Source: Clostridia bacterium (GTDB taxonomy: Bacteria > Bacillota > Clostridia > Oscillospirales > CAG-272). Taken from it: 46,436 bases of DNA. Both the position numbers and the translations under genes were made by a program. The stretch spans positions 1-46,436 of the forward strand of contig JAFTLZ010000143.1 of the NCBI GenBank assembly GCA_017452665.1. The letters are read 5' to 3'. Shown piece by piece: positions 34,985-43,640 of the stretch. Below the pieces are notes generated by a model. The model saw only the letters and a list, made by a program, of their open reading frames with translations, ran no database searches and had not been told where the DNA came from. The stretch's first letter is position 1. Every line of letters begins with the position of its first letter.

Positions 34985-35535
34985 TTTTGAAAGCCGTTTT
35001 CTGCGGAGGAGTATTGGAAAAGGACGTGGTTAGAGGCGCGATTTCGGGGAAATTTTTGAAAAATCCCTCAGGTGTTTCGCACCAGCGCGAGTCGACAAAG
35101 TCGATCTCGTCGGTGGCTTACCGCCTCCCGATTTGCGCTATCAAATCTTTGCACGAGGGGAGGCTTGGATAGAATTGCAAAATTCCTTTGTAGATCCCGA
35201 TGCTTCGCATCGCCCTACGGGTTCGACCGGCGAGCTTGCGAGCCTTCTCAGAGATGACACATAGGGGGGATGTTGGCAATTTTGAATTTGAGCTTGCGAG
35301 TCTTCTCAGAGATGACATGTGGAGCGGACAGTGGTGTAAGCATTGTGCTACGCACCCATGCGCCCTGACCACTCGCGGGAGCGATTGATCTGTCTGCGCG
35401 CCCGGCAAGAGGTTTGAGCAAAAAATGAAAGGACGAGGCAGGAACTTCCCCTGCCTCGTCAATTTTTATTTATGCGTGAAAAGTTTTTGAGGGTGTGGGG
35501 GACTTTTTCAAAAGTCTCCCACAAAATCCGCGCCC
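34985..35535. repeat. Composite intergenic repeat block (modules shared with 4.8, 38.1-38.6 and 40.0-40.7 kb).
   Basis: Contains palindromes GGGGAAATTTTTGAAAAATCCC (35047) and GGGGGACTTTTTCAAAAGTCTCCC (35507), a CGAGGCAGG..CCTGCCTCG hairpin (35443-35460), and the module at 35191-35260. Confidence 0.85.
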
Positions 35536-35612
35536 TTGTCTTTATAATTTATATTAATTCTAATTCTTTTTCTATATTTTGGAAATTTTTATCGTTTTTC
35601 GATAAAAATATA

Positions 35613-35641
35613 TTGACAAACGATTTTTAATGTGATATACT
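35613..35641 (+). promoter_or_regulatory. Sigma-A type promoter of the DUF2975-HTH-membrane protein operon.
   Basis: TTGACA (35613-35618), 17-nt spacer, TATACT (35636-35641), with TGTGa extended -10. ATCGTTT (35591-35597) and AAACGAT (35618-35624) form an inverted repeat overlapping the -35. Confidence 0.55.
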
Positions 35642-35676
35642 GAGATTACAAAAATTTCCTATGAGGAGGAATTCAG

Positions 35677-36150
35677 ATGTTTCGGATATCGAACAAGGTG
35701 TCAACCGTGATCTCGCTGATTTTGGCGGTTCTGCTCTTTTTGATGATGGGATTTTTGGTTTACTGGCTCCCGGAGGTGGTAAACGGAATGATTGACATCC
35801 CGGACAATATCGGAAATCGGCAAAGCATTACCGATGCGGAACGGCAGTTGATTTTGGTCGGCGCATACGCGGCGGTTGGCGTTGCATACGTGACACTGGT
35901 GTTTTTGGTGCTCTTGCTGCACACGGTTCTGCGGGGGCGCGTGTTTTCAAGCGCGACGCTCCGATGGCTTAATCTGCTCTCGCTTTGCTGTTTTGCAGAG
36001 GCGGTCTTGTTTTTGCTTGGCGGCTTTTATTTTCAGCTGGTGCTTGGTGTTGCGGTTGCAGCCTGCTTTTTAGGACTTTTGCTCCGTGTAGTCAAAAATG
36101 TGATCAACGAGGCGATGCGGATCAAAAGCGAAAATGACCTGACCGTTTGA
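35677..36150 (+). CDS. Small four-TM membrane protein, DUF2975/YoaS-like (family recalled from memory).
   Basis: Four hydrophobic helices in 157 aa. GAGGAGGA RBS. Immediately upstream of a YozG-like HTH gene. Confidence 0.6.
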   Translation: MFRISNKVSTVISLILAVLLFLMMGFLVYWLPEVVNGMIDIPDNIGNRQSITDAERQLILVGAYAAVGVAYVTLVFLVLLLHTVLRGRVFSSATLRWLNLLSLCCFAEAVLFLLGGFYFQLVLGVAVAACFLGLLLRVVKNVINEAMRIKSENDLTV

Positions 36151-36162
36151 GGGGGAACAATT

Positions 36163-36381
36163 ATGATCATCGTCAATTTGGATGTTATGATGGCAAAGCG
36201 GAAAATATCACTCAACGAGCTTTCCGACCGCGTTGGCATCACACCGGTGAATCTCTCGATTCTCAAAAACAACAAAGCAAAAGCCGTGCGCTTTTCTACC
36301 CTGGACGCGCTTTGCCGCGCCTTGGATTGCTCGCCTGCGGACATTCTGGAATACCTCCCCGACCGGGAACAAGCAGAGTGA
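36163..36381 (+). CDS. Small Cro/C1-type HTH transcriptional regulator (YozG-like).
   Basis: MMAKRKISLNELSDRVGITPVNLSILKNNKAKAVRFSTLDALCRALDCSPADILEY. GAGGGGGA RBS. Confidence 0.8.
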   Translation: MIIVNLDVMMAKRKISLNELSDRVGITPVNLSILKNNKAKAVRFSTLDALCRALDCSPADILEYLPDREQAE

Positions 36382-36421
36382 CCGCTCCACTACATGAAAA
36401 TCAGAAAGGAAGGTTTTACTT

Positions 36422-38047
36422 ATGAATGGAAATCCGAATCAAACGCCGAGCTACAACCCGATGTTTGTAATCAGCCAGCCGAAGATACGCCCGGAGTGCC
36501 GCGGCACAGACCGTTTGTTTGCCTGGCTGGCATTCCCCGTATGCTTTTTATTGGCTCAGGCACTCCCCGTTGCGCAAAATCCGTTTGGCGCTTTGTTGGT
36601 TGCTTTGCTGTTGTTCGCTTTTGGCATCACATACGTGCGTCTTTGCGGGGTACGCTTGCGTGCGCAATCGACCTTGCTCTGCGTGCTTGCCGTTCTGCTC
36701 TCCTGCGGTTTGATCACGGGAGCGAACGGTGTGCTGCACACGCTCCTGTTTTTGTTGCTGTCCTGTTTGTTCCTTTATTTTATATACGCCGCGCAGGGGC
36801 ACGCGGGCAAAGGCTTGCTTGACGCGCGCGTGTTTGAGCATTTGCTCCGCGCGGTGTTCGTACAACCGTTTGCGCATCTTGGCGACAGCCTTCCTGCCCT
36901 ACGGTTGAGTGGAAAGTCCGGGCAAAAATCCAAGCTGTTACCCGTGCTTGGCTGGATCGCTTTGGGGCTGATTGCGGCGGTGATCCCCACGCTTGTTATC
37001 GGTTTGTTGCTTTCGTACGACGCGCAATTTACGGCTTTGCTGGATCAAATCTTCTCCTTTTCGATTGACGGTTTTTGGGAGACGGTGTGGGATGTGATTT
37101 TGGCCGTTCTGTTTGCGCTCCCGCTGTTTGGCGCAATGTTTGCCAACCAAAACGCGCGGCTTCAAAAAGAAAAGGACGGGGCGGAAGCGACTGAAAAGGA
37201 ACATCGGATCAGCTTGCGGATTTTGCCGAAGCCCTTGCTTTGTGCGGCGGTAACGCCGATTCTGATTCTTTACAGCATCTTTTTCGTTTCGCAGTGGGAG
37301 TATTATCTTTCGGCGTTCACCAATGTTTTGCCGGGTGAAATGACCTATGCGGAGTATGCGCGGGAGGGATTTTTTCAGCTGTGCGCGGTTTGCTGCATCA
37401 ACGCGCTGATTTTGCTGGTGTTCCATTTGTTTATGCAGAGAAAAGAGGGCGAGCGCGGCATTTTGCGTCGGATTTACACGGCGGTGGTGGCGCTGTTCAG
37501 CTTGATTCTGATCGCAACGGCGATCTCGAAGATGGTGCTTTATATCGGCGCCTACGGCATGACGCAGCTCCGCGTTTACACGACCTGGCTGATGCTGCTT
37601 TTGGCTGCGATCTTTTTGCCGGTGCTGATTGGACAGGTTTTCTCCCGCGTGCGGCTGGGAGCGGTGATTGTGATCGTTTGCCTGGTCTTTAGCGTTCTGC
37701 TTTTTTTGCCGAATGTGGACGGATGGATTGCAGACTACAACGTGGACGCGTATCTATCGGGCGAGCTTGGTAGTGTGGATGTGGCGCTGTTGGAGGATCT
37801 GGACGTTTCGGCGGTCCCTGCGCTGGTGCGTTTGGAGCGTGAGCTGGGTGCAACCCTGGATTCGGCAGGTCAACAGAGTTTACTGGGGGTAGTCTCTGAT
37901 TCGACGGAAGAGCAAAAGCAGTTATTGGAAGAGGTACGCTCGGTACTGGATTCGATGGCATCCCGGATTTTGAATGAAGAAAGGGGGATATTCTCCTTTA
38001 CGGTTCCCGATCTCCGCGCGGCGGAGCTTTTGCGGGAGCGGGGGTGA
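36422..38047 (+). CDS. Polytopic membrane protein of unknown function, DUF4153/DUF4173-like (unverified).
   Basis: More than 10 hydrophobic helices. AAAGGAAGG RBS precedes ATG 36422. C-terminal soluble tail. Confidence 0.6.
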   Translation: MNGNPNQTPSYNPMFVISQPKIRPECRGTDRLFAWLAFPVCFLLAQALPVAQNPFGALLVALLLFAFGITYVRLCGVRLRAQSTLLCVLAVLLSCGLITGANGVLHTLLFLLLSCLFLYFIYAAQGHAGKGLLDARVFEHLLRAVFVQPFAHLGDSLPALRLSGKSGQKSKLLPVLGWIALGLIAAVIPTLVIGLLLSYDAQFTALLDQIFSFSIDGFWETVWDVILAVLFALPLFGAMFANQNARLQKEKDGAEATEKEHRISLRILPKPLLCAAVTPILILYSIFFVSQWEYYLSAFTNVLPGEMTYAEYAREGFFQLCAVCCINALILLVFHLFMQRKEGERGILRRIYTAVVALFSLILIATAISKMVLYIGAYGMTQLRVYTTWLMLLLAAIFLPVLIGQVFSRVRLGAVIVIVCLVFSVLLFLPNVDGWIADYNVDAYLSGELGSVDVALLEDLDVSAVPALVRLERELGATLDSAGQQSLLGVVSDSTEEQKQLLEEVRSVLDSMASRILNEERGIFSFTVPDLRAAELLRERG

Positions 38048-38060
38048 TATATATTTTTTA

Positions 38061-38610
38061 TGGGGGACTTTTGAAAAAGTCCCCCACACCCCTCAAAACT
38101 TTTCATGCATAAATGGAAATAACGAGGCAGGAATGTTTCTACCTCGTCCGTTTATTCAGGCTCCGAAATTCTTTCCAAGTACGCAGCCAGAACAATTGCT
38201 CCCGCCAGCGGCTGGGGGCCACCAACCCCATCCGCTCCACAAGAAATGTTCGCATCCAAAATCGCGTGTCATCTCTGAGAAGGCTCGCAAACTCGCCAAT
38301 CGAACCCGTAGGGCTCTACGAAGCATCGAGACCTATTAAGAAATAACCGCAAAACTGCACGCCAAAATTCTACCTCGTTCCGCTCGGGGTGCTACAACTA
38401 TCTTTGCGGAGCATTTAGTGGTAGAAGAATGGGCAAGCCCATGCACCTAAATGCGCGCGGGAGCGATTGCTCCGTCTGTGCGATTGGAAAAGAGTTTGAC
38501 GCTTGAATAAACAAACGAGGTAGGGACTTCCCTACCTCATCCATCCTATAAATTGCTATAAAAGTTTTGGGGGGCGTGGGGGACTTTTTCAAAAGTTTCC
38601 CAAAAAACGC
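38061..38610. repeat. Composite intergenic repeat block holding two units in tail-to-tail orientation.
   Basis: 38061-38335 is an inverted copy of 35191-35532. 38408-38545 is an inverted copy of 40095-40230. Palindromes at 38062 and 38577. Confidence 0.85.
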
Positions 38611-38634
38611 ATCCCCACGAAAAATCGCGTCCTT

Positions 38635-39870
38635 TTATTTCACAATCGGAATTTCAACCACGTCACGCGGTTTGCGCACGGTCCAAAGACCACCGGTGAA
38701 GTCCGGAATTGCTTGAGGCATTCCGCCTGCGGCAATCGAGGCAGCCGAGAGAGCCGTGACGCACATCCAAGCGGCGGCGTCATAGACGTCAATGGGCATT
38801 TCGCTATTGGACTTAAGCGCATTGATGAACTGACGGAACTCGATCCCGTCCATACCACCATGCCCGATGGCAATGTCCTCTGGCGTGATCTTGCCCCAAA
38901 CATCGGGCAGGTAGTCTTTTTCAAAACGTGCGGCATTATTGAGGACGTCACGGTAATATTGATCGGTCTCCCAATACTCGCGCTCACCTTCAAGATACAC
39001 CGAATTGGTTGCCTGCTCATACAGTCCGCGCGTGCCGCGCACCGTGAATTCACGCGAATAGGAACGCGGAAGCGTGGTGTCCAGACGCAGAGAGATCGTA
39101 GAACCGTCGGCGCAGGTGATCAGCGTGTTGACCATATCCCCCTGGCGGAATTCCTTGCCAACAAGGTCGGGATATTTGTCGGCGTTGCGGTTGACGTAAT
39201 CCTTCATTCCGACCGCTTTGGAGGCGACGGACACCAGGGAAAGCATTTGGTTGCCGCGGTTGATGTTCAGCACCTTTGCAATCGGGCCAAGCTCGTGCGT
39301 GGGATAGTTTTCGCAGTTGCGGGAGAGGTAATTGCGCAGGCGGTAGTGGCGTTTTTCGTTTCCGCTTGCGATCTCCTCGGCAAGATAGTGACCGTAAGCG
39401 CCGTGGCAATGGACGATCTCGCCCAAAAGACCGTTGCGCACCAGCGCGGTTGCCAGCAGCTCGGTTTTGCCAAAGCAACAGTTTTCCATCATCATCAGCG
39501 GCGTGCCGGTGCTTTCTTGCGCGCGCACCATATCCCACAAGCGCTCCACGCTGTAGGCGCCGCCAACCTCAAGCGCCACGGGAATGCCTTTTTTCAGCGC
39601 ATCAATTGCAACCTCCACGTGCGTCTCCCACGAGGTGGAAACCAGCACGGCGTCAAGCGAATCCATGTTCAGAATATCCATATAATTGGTCGAACCAAAC
39701 GGACGGCGGAAGCCTGCTTTTTCTACCAAATCAGCGGCTTTTTCCACGCGGTCAGCGTAGTTGTCGCAAACAGCGATAATCTCCACGTCCTTCATATGTA
39801 ACAGCACATCTTTGGTCAAGCCCGTGCCGCGGTTTCCGTAGCCAATCACGCCCATTTTTACTGTTTTCAT
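38635..39870 (-). CDS. Gfo/Idh/MocA-family NAD-binding oxidoreductase. A GH109-like relationship is possible but unverified.
   Basis: ATG 39870 follows AGGAGG. Rossmann start KMGVIGYGNRGTG. 411 aa. Confidence 0.8.
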   Translation of the reverse strand: MKTVKMGVIGYGNRGTGLTKDVLLHMKDVEIIAVCDNYADRVEKAADLVEKAGFRRPFGSTNYMDILNMDSLDAVLVSTSWETHVEVAIDALKKGIPVALEVGGAYSVERLWDMVRAQESTGTPLMMMENCCFGKTELLATALVRNGLLGEIVHCHGAYGHYLAEEIASGNEKRHYRLRNYLSRNCENYPTHELGPIAKVLNINRGNQMLSLVSVASKAVGMKDYVNRNADKYPDLVGKEFRQGDMVNTLITCADGSTISLRLDTTLPRSYSREFTVRGTRGLYEQATNSVYLEGEREYWETDQYYRDVLNNAARFEKDYLPDVWGKITPEDIAIGHGGMDGIEFRQFINALKSNSEMPIDVYDAAAWMCVTALSAASIAAGGMPQAIPDFTGGLWTVRKPRDVVEIPIVK

Positions 39871-39989
39871 GTTCTTCTTCCTCCTTTGAGAGACACGTTC
39901 GCATCTTTCGTCTTCCATTATATACGCAAATCTCATGCTTGTCAATAGAAAAAAAGTCCAAAAATCTTTAATTTTGTACCGTCAAGGAT

Positions 39990-40700
39990 GCGATTATTGG
40001 GGAAACTTTTGAAAAAGGACGCAATTTTTTGGGGAAACTTTTGAAAAAGTTTCCCCAAGCCCCTTCAAAACTTTCACAACGATTTATAAGATAGGCGAGG
40101 TAGGAATGTTTCTGCATCGTCCGTTTATTCGGACGTCAAACTCTTTTCCAAGCGCATAACCGGAACAATTGCTCCTGCGAGCATTTAGGTGCATGGGCTT
40201 GCACTTGCTTACACCACTAAATGCTCTACGATATATCATTTCCTGTGTCATCTCTGAGAAGGCTCGCAAGCTCGCCGGTCGAACCCGACCTAAGGGAGGG
40301 CGATGCGAAGCATCGGGATCTACAAAAAATGCGCCTCTACCCATGGCTCCCTTGTGTAAAGTGAGCTGGCGCGAAGCGCCTGAGGGATTGTTTTACGGTA
40401 GTTTTTGGTTTTCACAACCCCTCCGGCATTTTCTTGCGAAAACGCCACCTCCCCTTACACAGGGGAGGTGAAGGAACGAGCACAGGGGGAGGCTAAAGAA
40501 CTTCTTGAAGGTGGGCTTAAAGCAATAGCCCAACCCCTGAATGCTTGCGGGAGCAACTCTTTCCGTCCGCTCGCAAAATCTTACAACGCAAAAACAAAAG
40601 AACGAGGCAGAAACATTCCTACCTCGTCTGTCTTATAAACCGCGTTAAAAATTTTGAGGGGGATTGGGGGAACTTTTTGAAAAAGTTCCCCCAAAAAACC
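39990..40700. repeat. Composite intergenic repeat block, the largest in the window.
   Basis: Palindromes at 39999, 40031 and 40666. 40245-40322 is near-identical to the reverse complement of 35191-35260. 40343-40470 carries the GGCTCCCTTGTG..CTGAGGGATTG..CCCCTTACACAGGGG modules. Confidence 0.85.
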
Positions 40701-40716
40701 GTATCCTGTTTTAAAG

Positions 40717-40868
40717 TTTTCCACAATTCAGTTTATGCGAGTTTTCCACAGAAAAGATGAATAAATGGCAAAAAACCGCGAATAATGTCGTCAAAATACG
40801 AGTTTTCCGCATAATCCACAAAGTTTTCCACAGTTTTAAACAAGAATTCCACCGTTTGCTGTGGAAAA
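40717..40868. promoter_or_regulatory. Cluster of six DnaA-box-like 9-mers.
   Basis: TTTTCCACA at 40717, 40742 and 40824. TTTTCCGCA at 40803. TAATCCACA at 40812. Inverted TGTGGAAAA at 40860. Confidence 0.55.
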
Positions 40869-40911
40869 ATAAATTCTCTGTTTTGCACAAAAAAGAGGAT
40901 ATCAAGGCAAA

Positions 40912-41553
40912 TTAGTCCATGGATTCGATCACCCAAACACCGCCGCGGCGAACCTCGATCAAGGCACAGTTTCCGACGATCTCGTTGGAGATTGCCCACT
41001 GGTGCGTGCGCAGAATCTGCCCGTTTTTCAGCGGGTATTTACAGCCCTCGATGGTGATCCCTTTCACCTTTGGGTCGGCAGCGATCAGCGAAAAATAACG
41101 GTAATGCTCGCGCGCCAAAATCACGCCGCTGTTGCGAAGAAAGCGGGCGCGGTTCTTGCCATTGGTGATAACGGCGGGCACGCGGTGCTCCTTGCGTTCA
41201 AACAGGCTTTCCAGAATGGCGAGCGTGGAGAGGGTATGATCCAGTCTGCCCTCCAGCCCGCCGACGATCACGATTTCGGTGGCTCCGCGTTCCAGGGCGA
41301 CAGACACCGCCATTTGCGTATCGCTGAAGTCTTTTTCCGCCTGCACGCGGATCAGCTCGGTGCCGTCGGGAACCTCGGGCTCGCCAAGCGTATCAAAATC
41401 CCCCAGCATGATCTCGGGGCGCACGCCGAAGCGCTTTGCGGTCAAAAATCCGGCGTCGGCGGCAATGACCAGATCCCCTCTCTCCGGGCACTCGATAACG
41501 TATTCATCATACACAGTGCCGCCCGTATAAATGACGGCTCTTTTCGGTTCCAT
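40912..41553 (-). CDS. thiN: Thiamine diphosphokinase.
   Basis: 213 aa. GDFDTLG motif, KDFSDTQMAV, and a C-terminal thiamine-binding-like W.ISNE. GAGGAG RBS. Confidence 0.8.
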   Translation of the reverse strand: MEPKRAVIYTGGTVYDEYVIECPERGDLVIAADAGFLTAKRFGVRPEIMLGDFDTLGEPEVPDGTELIRVQAEKDFSDTQMAVSVALERGATEIVIVGGLEGRLDHTLSTLAILESLFERKEHRVPAVITNGKNRARFLRNSGVILAREHYRYFSLIAADPKVKGITIEGCKYPLKNGQILRTHQWAISNEIVGNCALIEVRRGGVWVIESMD

Positions 41554-41619
41554 GTGATCAGCTCCTCATAGATCTGTTTTGCAATTTGCGGTGTTTTTTG
41601 TCGGAAGAAGCATCGCCTT

Positions 41620-42915
41620 TTATTTCAGTAATTCAATCGCATCGGTGACGGAAAGCTCGCTTTCCTCGCGTGTGGAAAGGTTTTTCAGGCGTACGACGCC
41701 GCGTGCGCACTCGTCACCGCCCATGATGATTGCGTGCGAATATTCGCCCTTTACGGCGTATTCCAGCTGCTTTCCAAACTTTTTCTGTCCCAGATAGATG
41801 GAGGATACGATGCCTGCGTTGCGCAAGGTGTCGGTCAGCTCCATGTATTTTTCATAAGGAACGTCGTCAAAGCGCGTGACAAGAACCTTAACGCCATTCC
41901 CGTAGGTTTGGGGCAGGAGCTTGTGCGTGACGAGGAAGTTTTCCAGTGTGACGTCGCCCATGCCGTAGCCAACACCCGAAATTTTTGCGTTTTTGACGAA
42001 CAGATCAACCAGATTGTCATATCTGCCGCCGCCGAACATAGCGCGGTTGTTTTCGGGCGCGTTGTCGAACACCTCGAACACGGATCCGGTGTAATAATCC
42101 AGACCGCGGATGATGCCAAAATCAAAGATGCAATATTTGGAAAGTCCCATTTTTTCCAGTGCGTCAAACAGCTGGCGCAGCTCTCCCGCTCCGCGGGAAT
42201 CGGGACAGAGATCGGTTGCCTCGGTAACGTTCATGTGATAAAGAGCGTCGATTTTCGCGATCTGCTCGGCAGAAAGTCCTAAGGAGGTCAGCTCCTTTTC
42301 GTAGACCTCGCGCGGAACCTTATTTTTGTGGTCGATGACCTTGGAAACTGCCTTGCTGCCCTCGGTATCCTTTCCGGTGATGGCGGCAATGACGTCATTG
42401 AAAAAGCGGCGGTTATTGATGCGGACGGTGAACATTTTTTCGTCCGCTCCGAACGCGCGCATCAAGCGAATGGCACTGCTGACGATCTCTAAATCTGCCT
42501 CGTAGGTATCACAGCCGAAAATATCCACGTTCAGCTGCCAGAACTCGCGCAGGCGTCCTCTTTGCGTTGCCTCGTAGCGATACATATTTGGGATGGAGAA
42601 CCACTTCAGCGGGAAGGTCAGCTCTCCCATCTTGCCCGCGACCATACGCGCCACGGTGGGCGTCATTTCGGGGCGGATCGCCAGGCGGCGGTCTCCGCGG
42701 TCAAGGAAGTTGTAGGTCTGCTTGTTTGCGATCTCCTCACCGCTTTTGGCGGCGTAAAGATCCAGCGACTCCAGCATGGGGCCGTTGTATTCCTCAAATG
42801 CGGAATTTTCCAGCTCGCGGCGGATCACGCCGAAAAACCAGTTGCGCATCCGCATTTCTGCGGGATAAAAGTCTCTTGTACCCTTGTAGGGTTGTGTGGA
42901 AAGCTTTTCGCTCAT
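41620..42915 (-). CDS. hisS: Histidine--tRNA ligase.
   Basis: N-terminal KGTRDFYP, class II motifs, and GGGRYDNLV. 431 aa. GAGGT RBS. Confidence 0.95.
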   Translation of the reverse strand: MSEKLSTQPYKGTRDFYPAEMRMRNWFFGVIRRELENSAFEEYNGPMLESLDLYAAKSGEEIANKQTYNFLDRGDRRLAIRPEMTPTVARMVAGKMGELTFPLKWFSIPNMYRYEATQRGRLREFWQLNVDIFGCDTYEADLEIVSSAIRLMRAFGADEKMFTVRINNRRFFNDVIAAITGKDTEGSKAVSKVIDHKNKVPREVYEKELTSLGLSAEQIAKIDALYHMNVTEATDLCPDSRGAGELRQLFDALEKMGLSKYCIFDFGIIRGLDYYTGSVFEVFDNAPENNRAMFGGGRYDNLVDLFVKNAKISGVGYGMGDVTLENFLVTHKLLPQTYGNGVKVLVTRFDDVPYEKYMELTDTLRNAGIVSSIYLGQKKFGKQLEYAVKGEYSHAIIMGGDECARGVVRLKNLSTREESELSVTDAIELLK

Positions 42916-42968
42916 TTGTTACCTCGTTGTGTTATCGAATTTATGGATGTTAAAAAAACAGGTTTCAT

Positions 42969-43610
42969 TTACGCGCCGGTAAAGGAATCAAAATACCATT
43001 CTCCGTTCTGCAGAACCAGGCGAAGCTCGATGACCTCGGTCTCCTGTGGCGAATCCTCTAACCAGGAAACCATAGAGACCTTGCAAGCCTCGGACGAGCC
43101 AAGCGAGATGACCTGCATGGTGGAATAATCGTAAATACGCATGGCAGTGTACAGAATATTATCCTCGGTGGATTGATAGATCCAGGTTTCGTCCTCCAGA
43201 TAGCGCGCCATTCCGTAAATGGAGCCGCCCTGACCGTCATCACTTGTGTATCCGGTGAACAGCGCAACCGACAGCACCTCGTCAATATACTGGGCACTGT
43301 AGACCTTTGCGGCTGCCGCCAAAATCTGGTCGGCGGAGGCAAATTTGGAATATTCGGTAACGTACTCGTAGTAGCCTTTTTCATCAAAATCGTAATACAT
43401 ATATTTGATATTTGCATACTCGGAGTCGGTTTGATACACCGGGAGTCCGGGGCCGTAAAGCACGGTGTTGACCTCGTACGATGCCTCAATCAGCTCCACG
43501 ACGCGGTCGTAGATATCCTCCACTGCCGGTGCGGCGGCGCATCCCACAAAAGAGAAGCAGGACGCAACCGCCAGCAGAATGGCAAGGAGAAAAACAATCG
43601 TTTTTTTCAT
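42969..43610 (-). CDS. Lipoprotein of unknown function.
   Basis: Signal peptide MKKTIVFLLAILLAVASCFSFVGC with lipobox-like FVGC. AAGGAA RBS. Confidence 0.7.
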   Translation of the reverse strand: MKKTIVFLLAILLAVASCFSFVGCAAAPAVEDIYDRVVELIEASYEVNTVLYGPGLPVYQTDSEYANIKYMYYDFDEKGYYEYVTEYSKFASADQILAAAAKVYSAQYIDEVLSVALFTGYTSDDGQGGSIYGMARYLEDETWIYQSTEDNILYTAMRIYDYSTMQVISLGSSEACKVSMVSWLEDSPQETEVIELRLVLQNGEWYFDSFTGA

Positions 43611-43640
43611 AAAAATTCCTTGTTTATCAAAAATCAGAGC

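Noticed and set aside
35118-40638. ORF-track entries inside the repeat blocks (35118..35462, 35200..35388, 37974..38339, 38113..38346, 38398..38592, 40084..40344, 40169..40471, 40405..40638).
   Set aside because: They are translations of the dispersed repeat modules in varying frames and orientations. They have no RBS and are mutually overlapping.
35047-40690. Seven copies of a ~24-nt G/C-clamped palindrome, which could suggest a CRISPR array.
   Set aside because: Spacing is irregular (tens of nt to kb). The copies are embedded in larger shared modules and interrupted by genes. No cas genes are present, and the sequences between copies are themselves repeated. It behaves as a REP/MITE-like dispersed repeat.
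40717-40868. The DnaA-box cluster as the chromosomal origin oriC itself.
   Set aside because: No dnaA or dnaN is adjacent, and I saw no clear AT-rich unwinding element. gyrA, hisS and thiN to the right are oriented as if the fork arrives from the right. I keep it as a secondary DnaA-box cluster hypothesis. Only a whole-genome GC skew can settle this.
40711-40999. ORFs 40711..40905 and 40733..40999 on the minus strand, covering the DnaA-box region.
   Set aside because: They lack RBSs, overlap each other and the end of thiN, and their sequence is driven by the repeated TTTTCCACA strings.
42916-42968. I looked for a T-box leader or other riboswitch upstream of hisS, and for a TPP riboswitch near thiN.
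   Set aside because: The intergenic gaps are only 53 and 66 nt, with no specifier-loop or T-box-like sequence and no TPP-aptamer-like motif.
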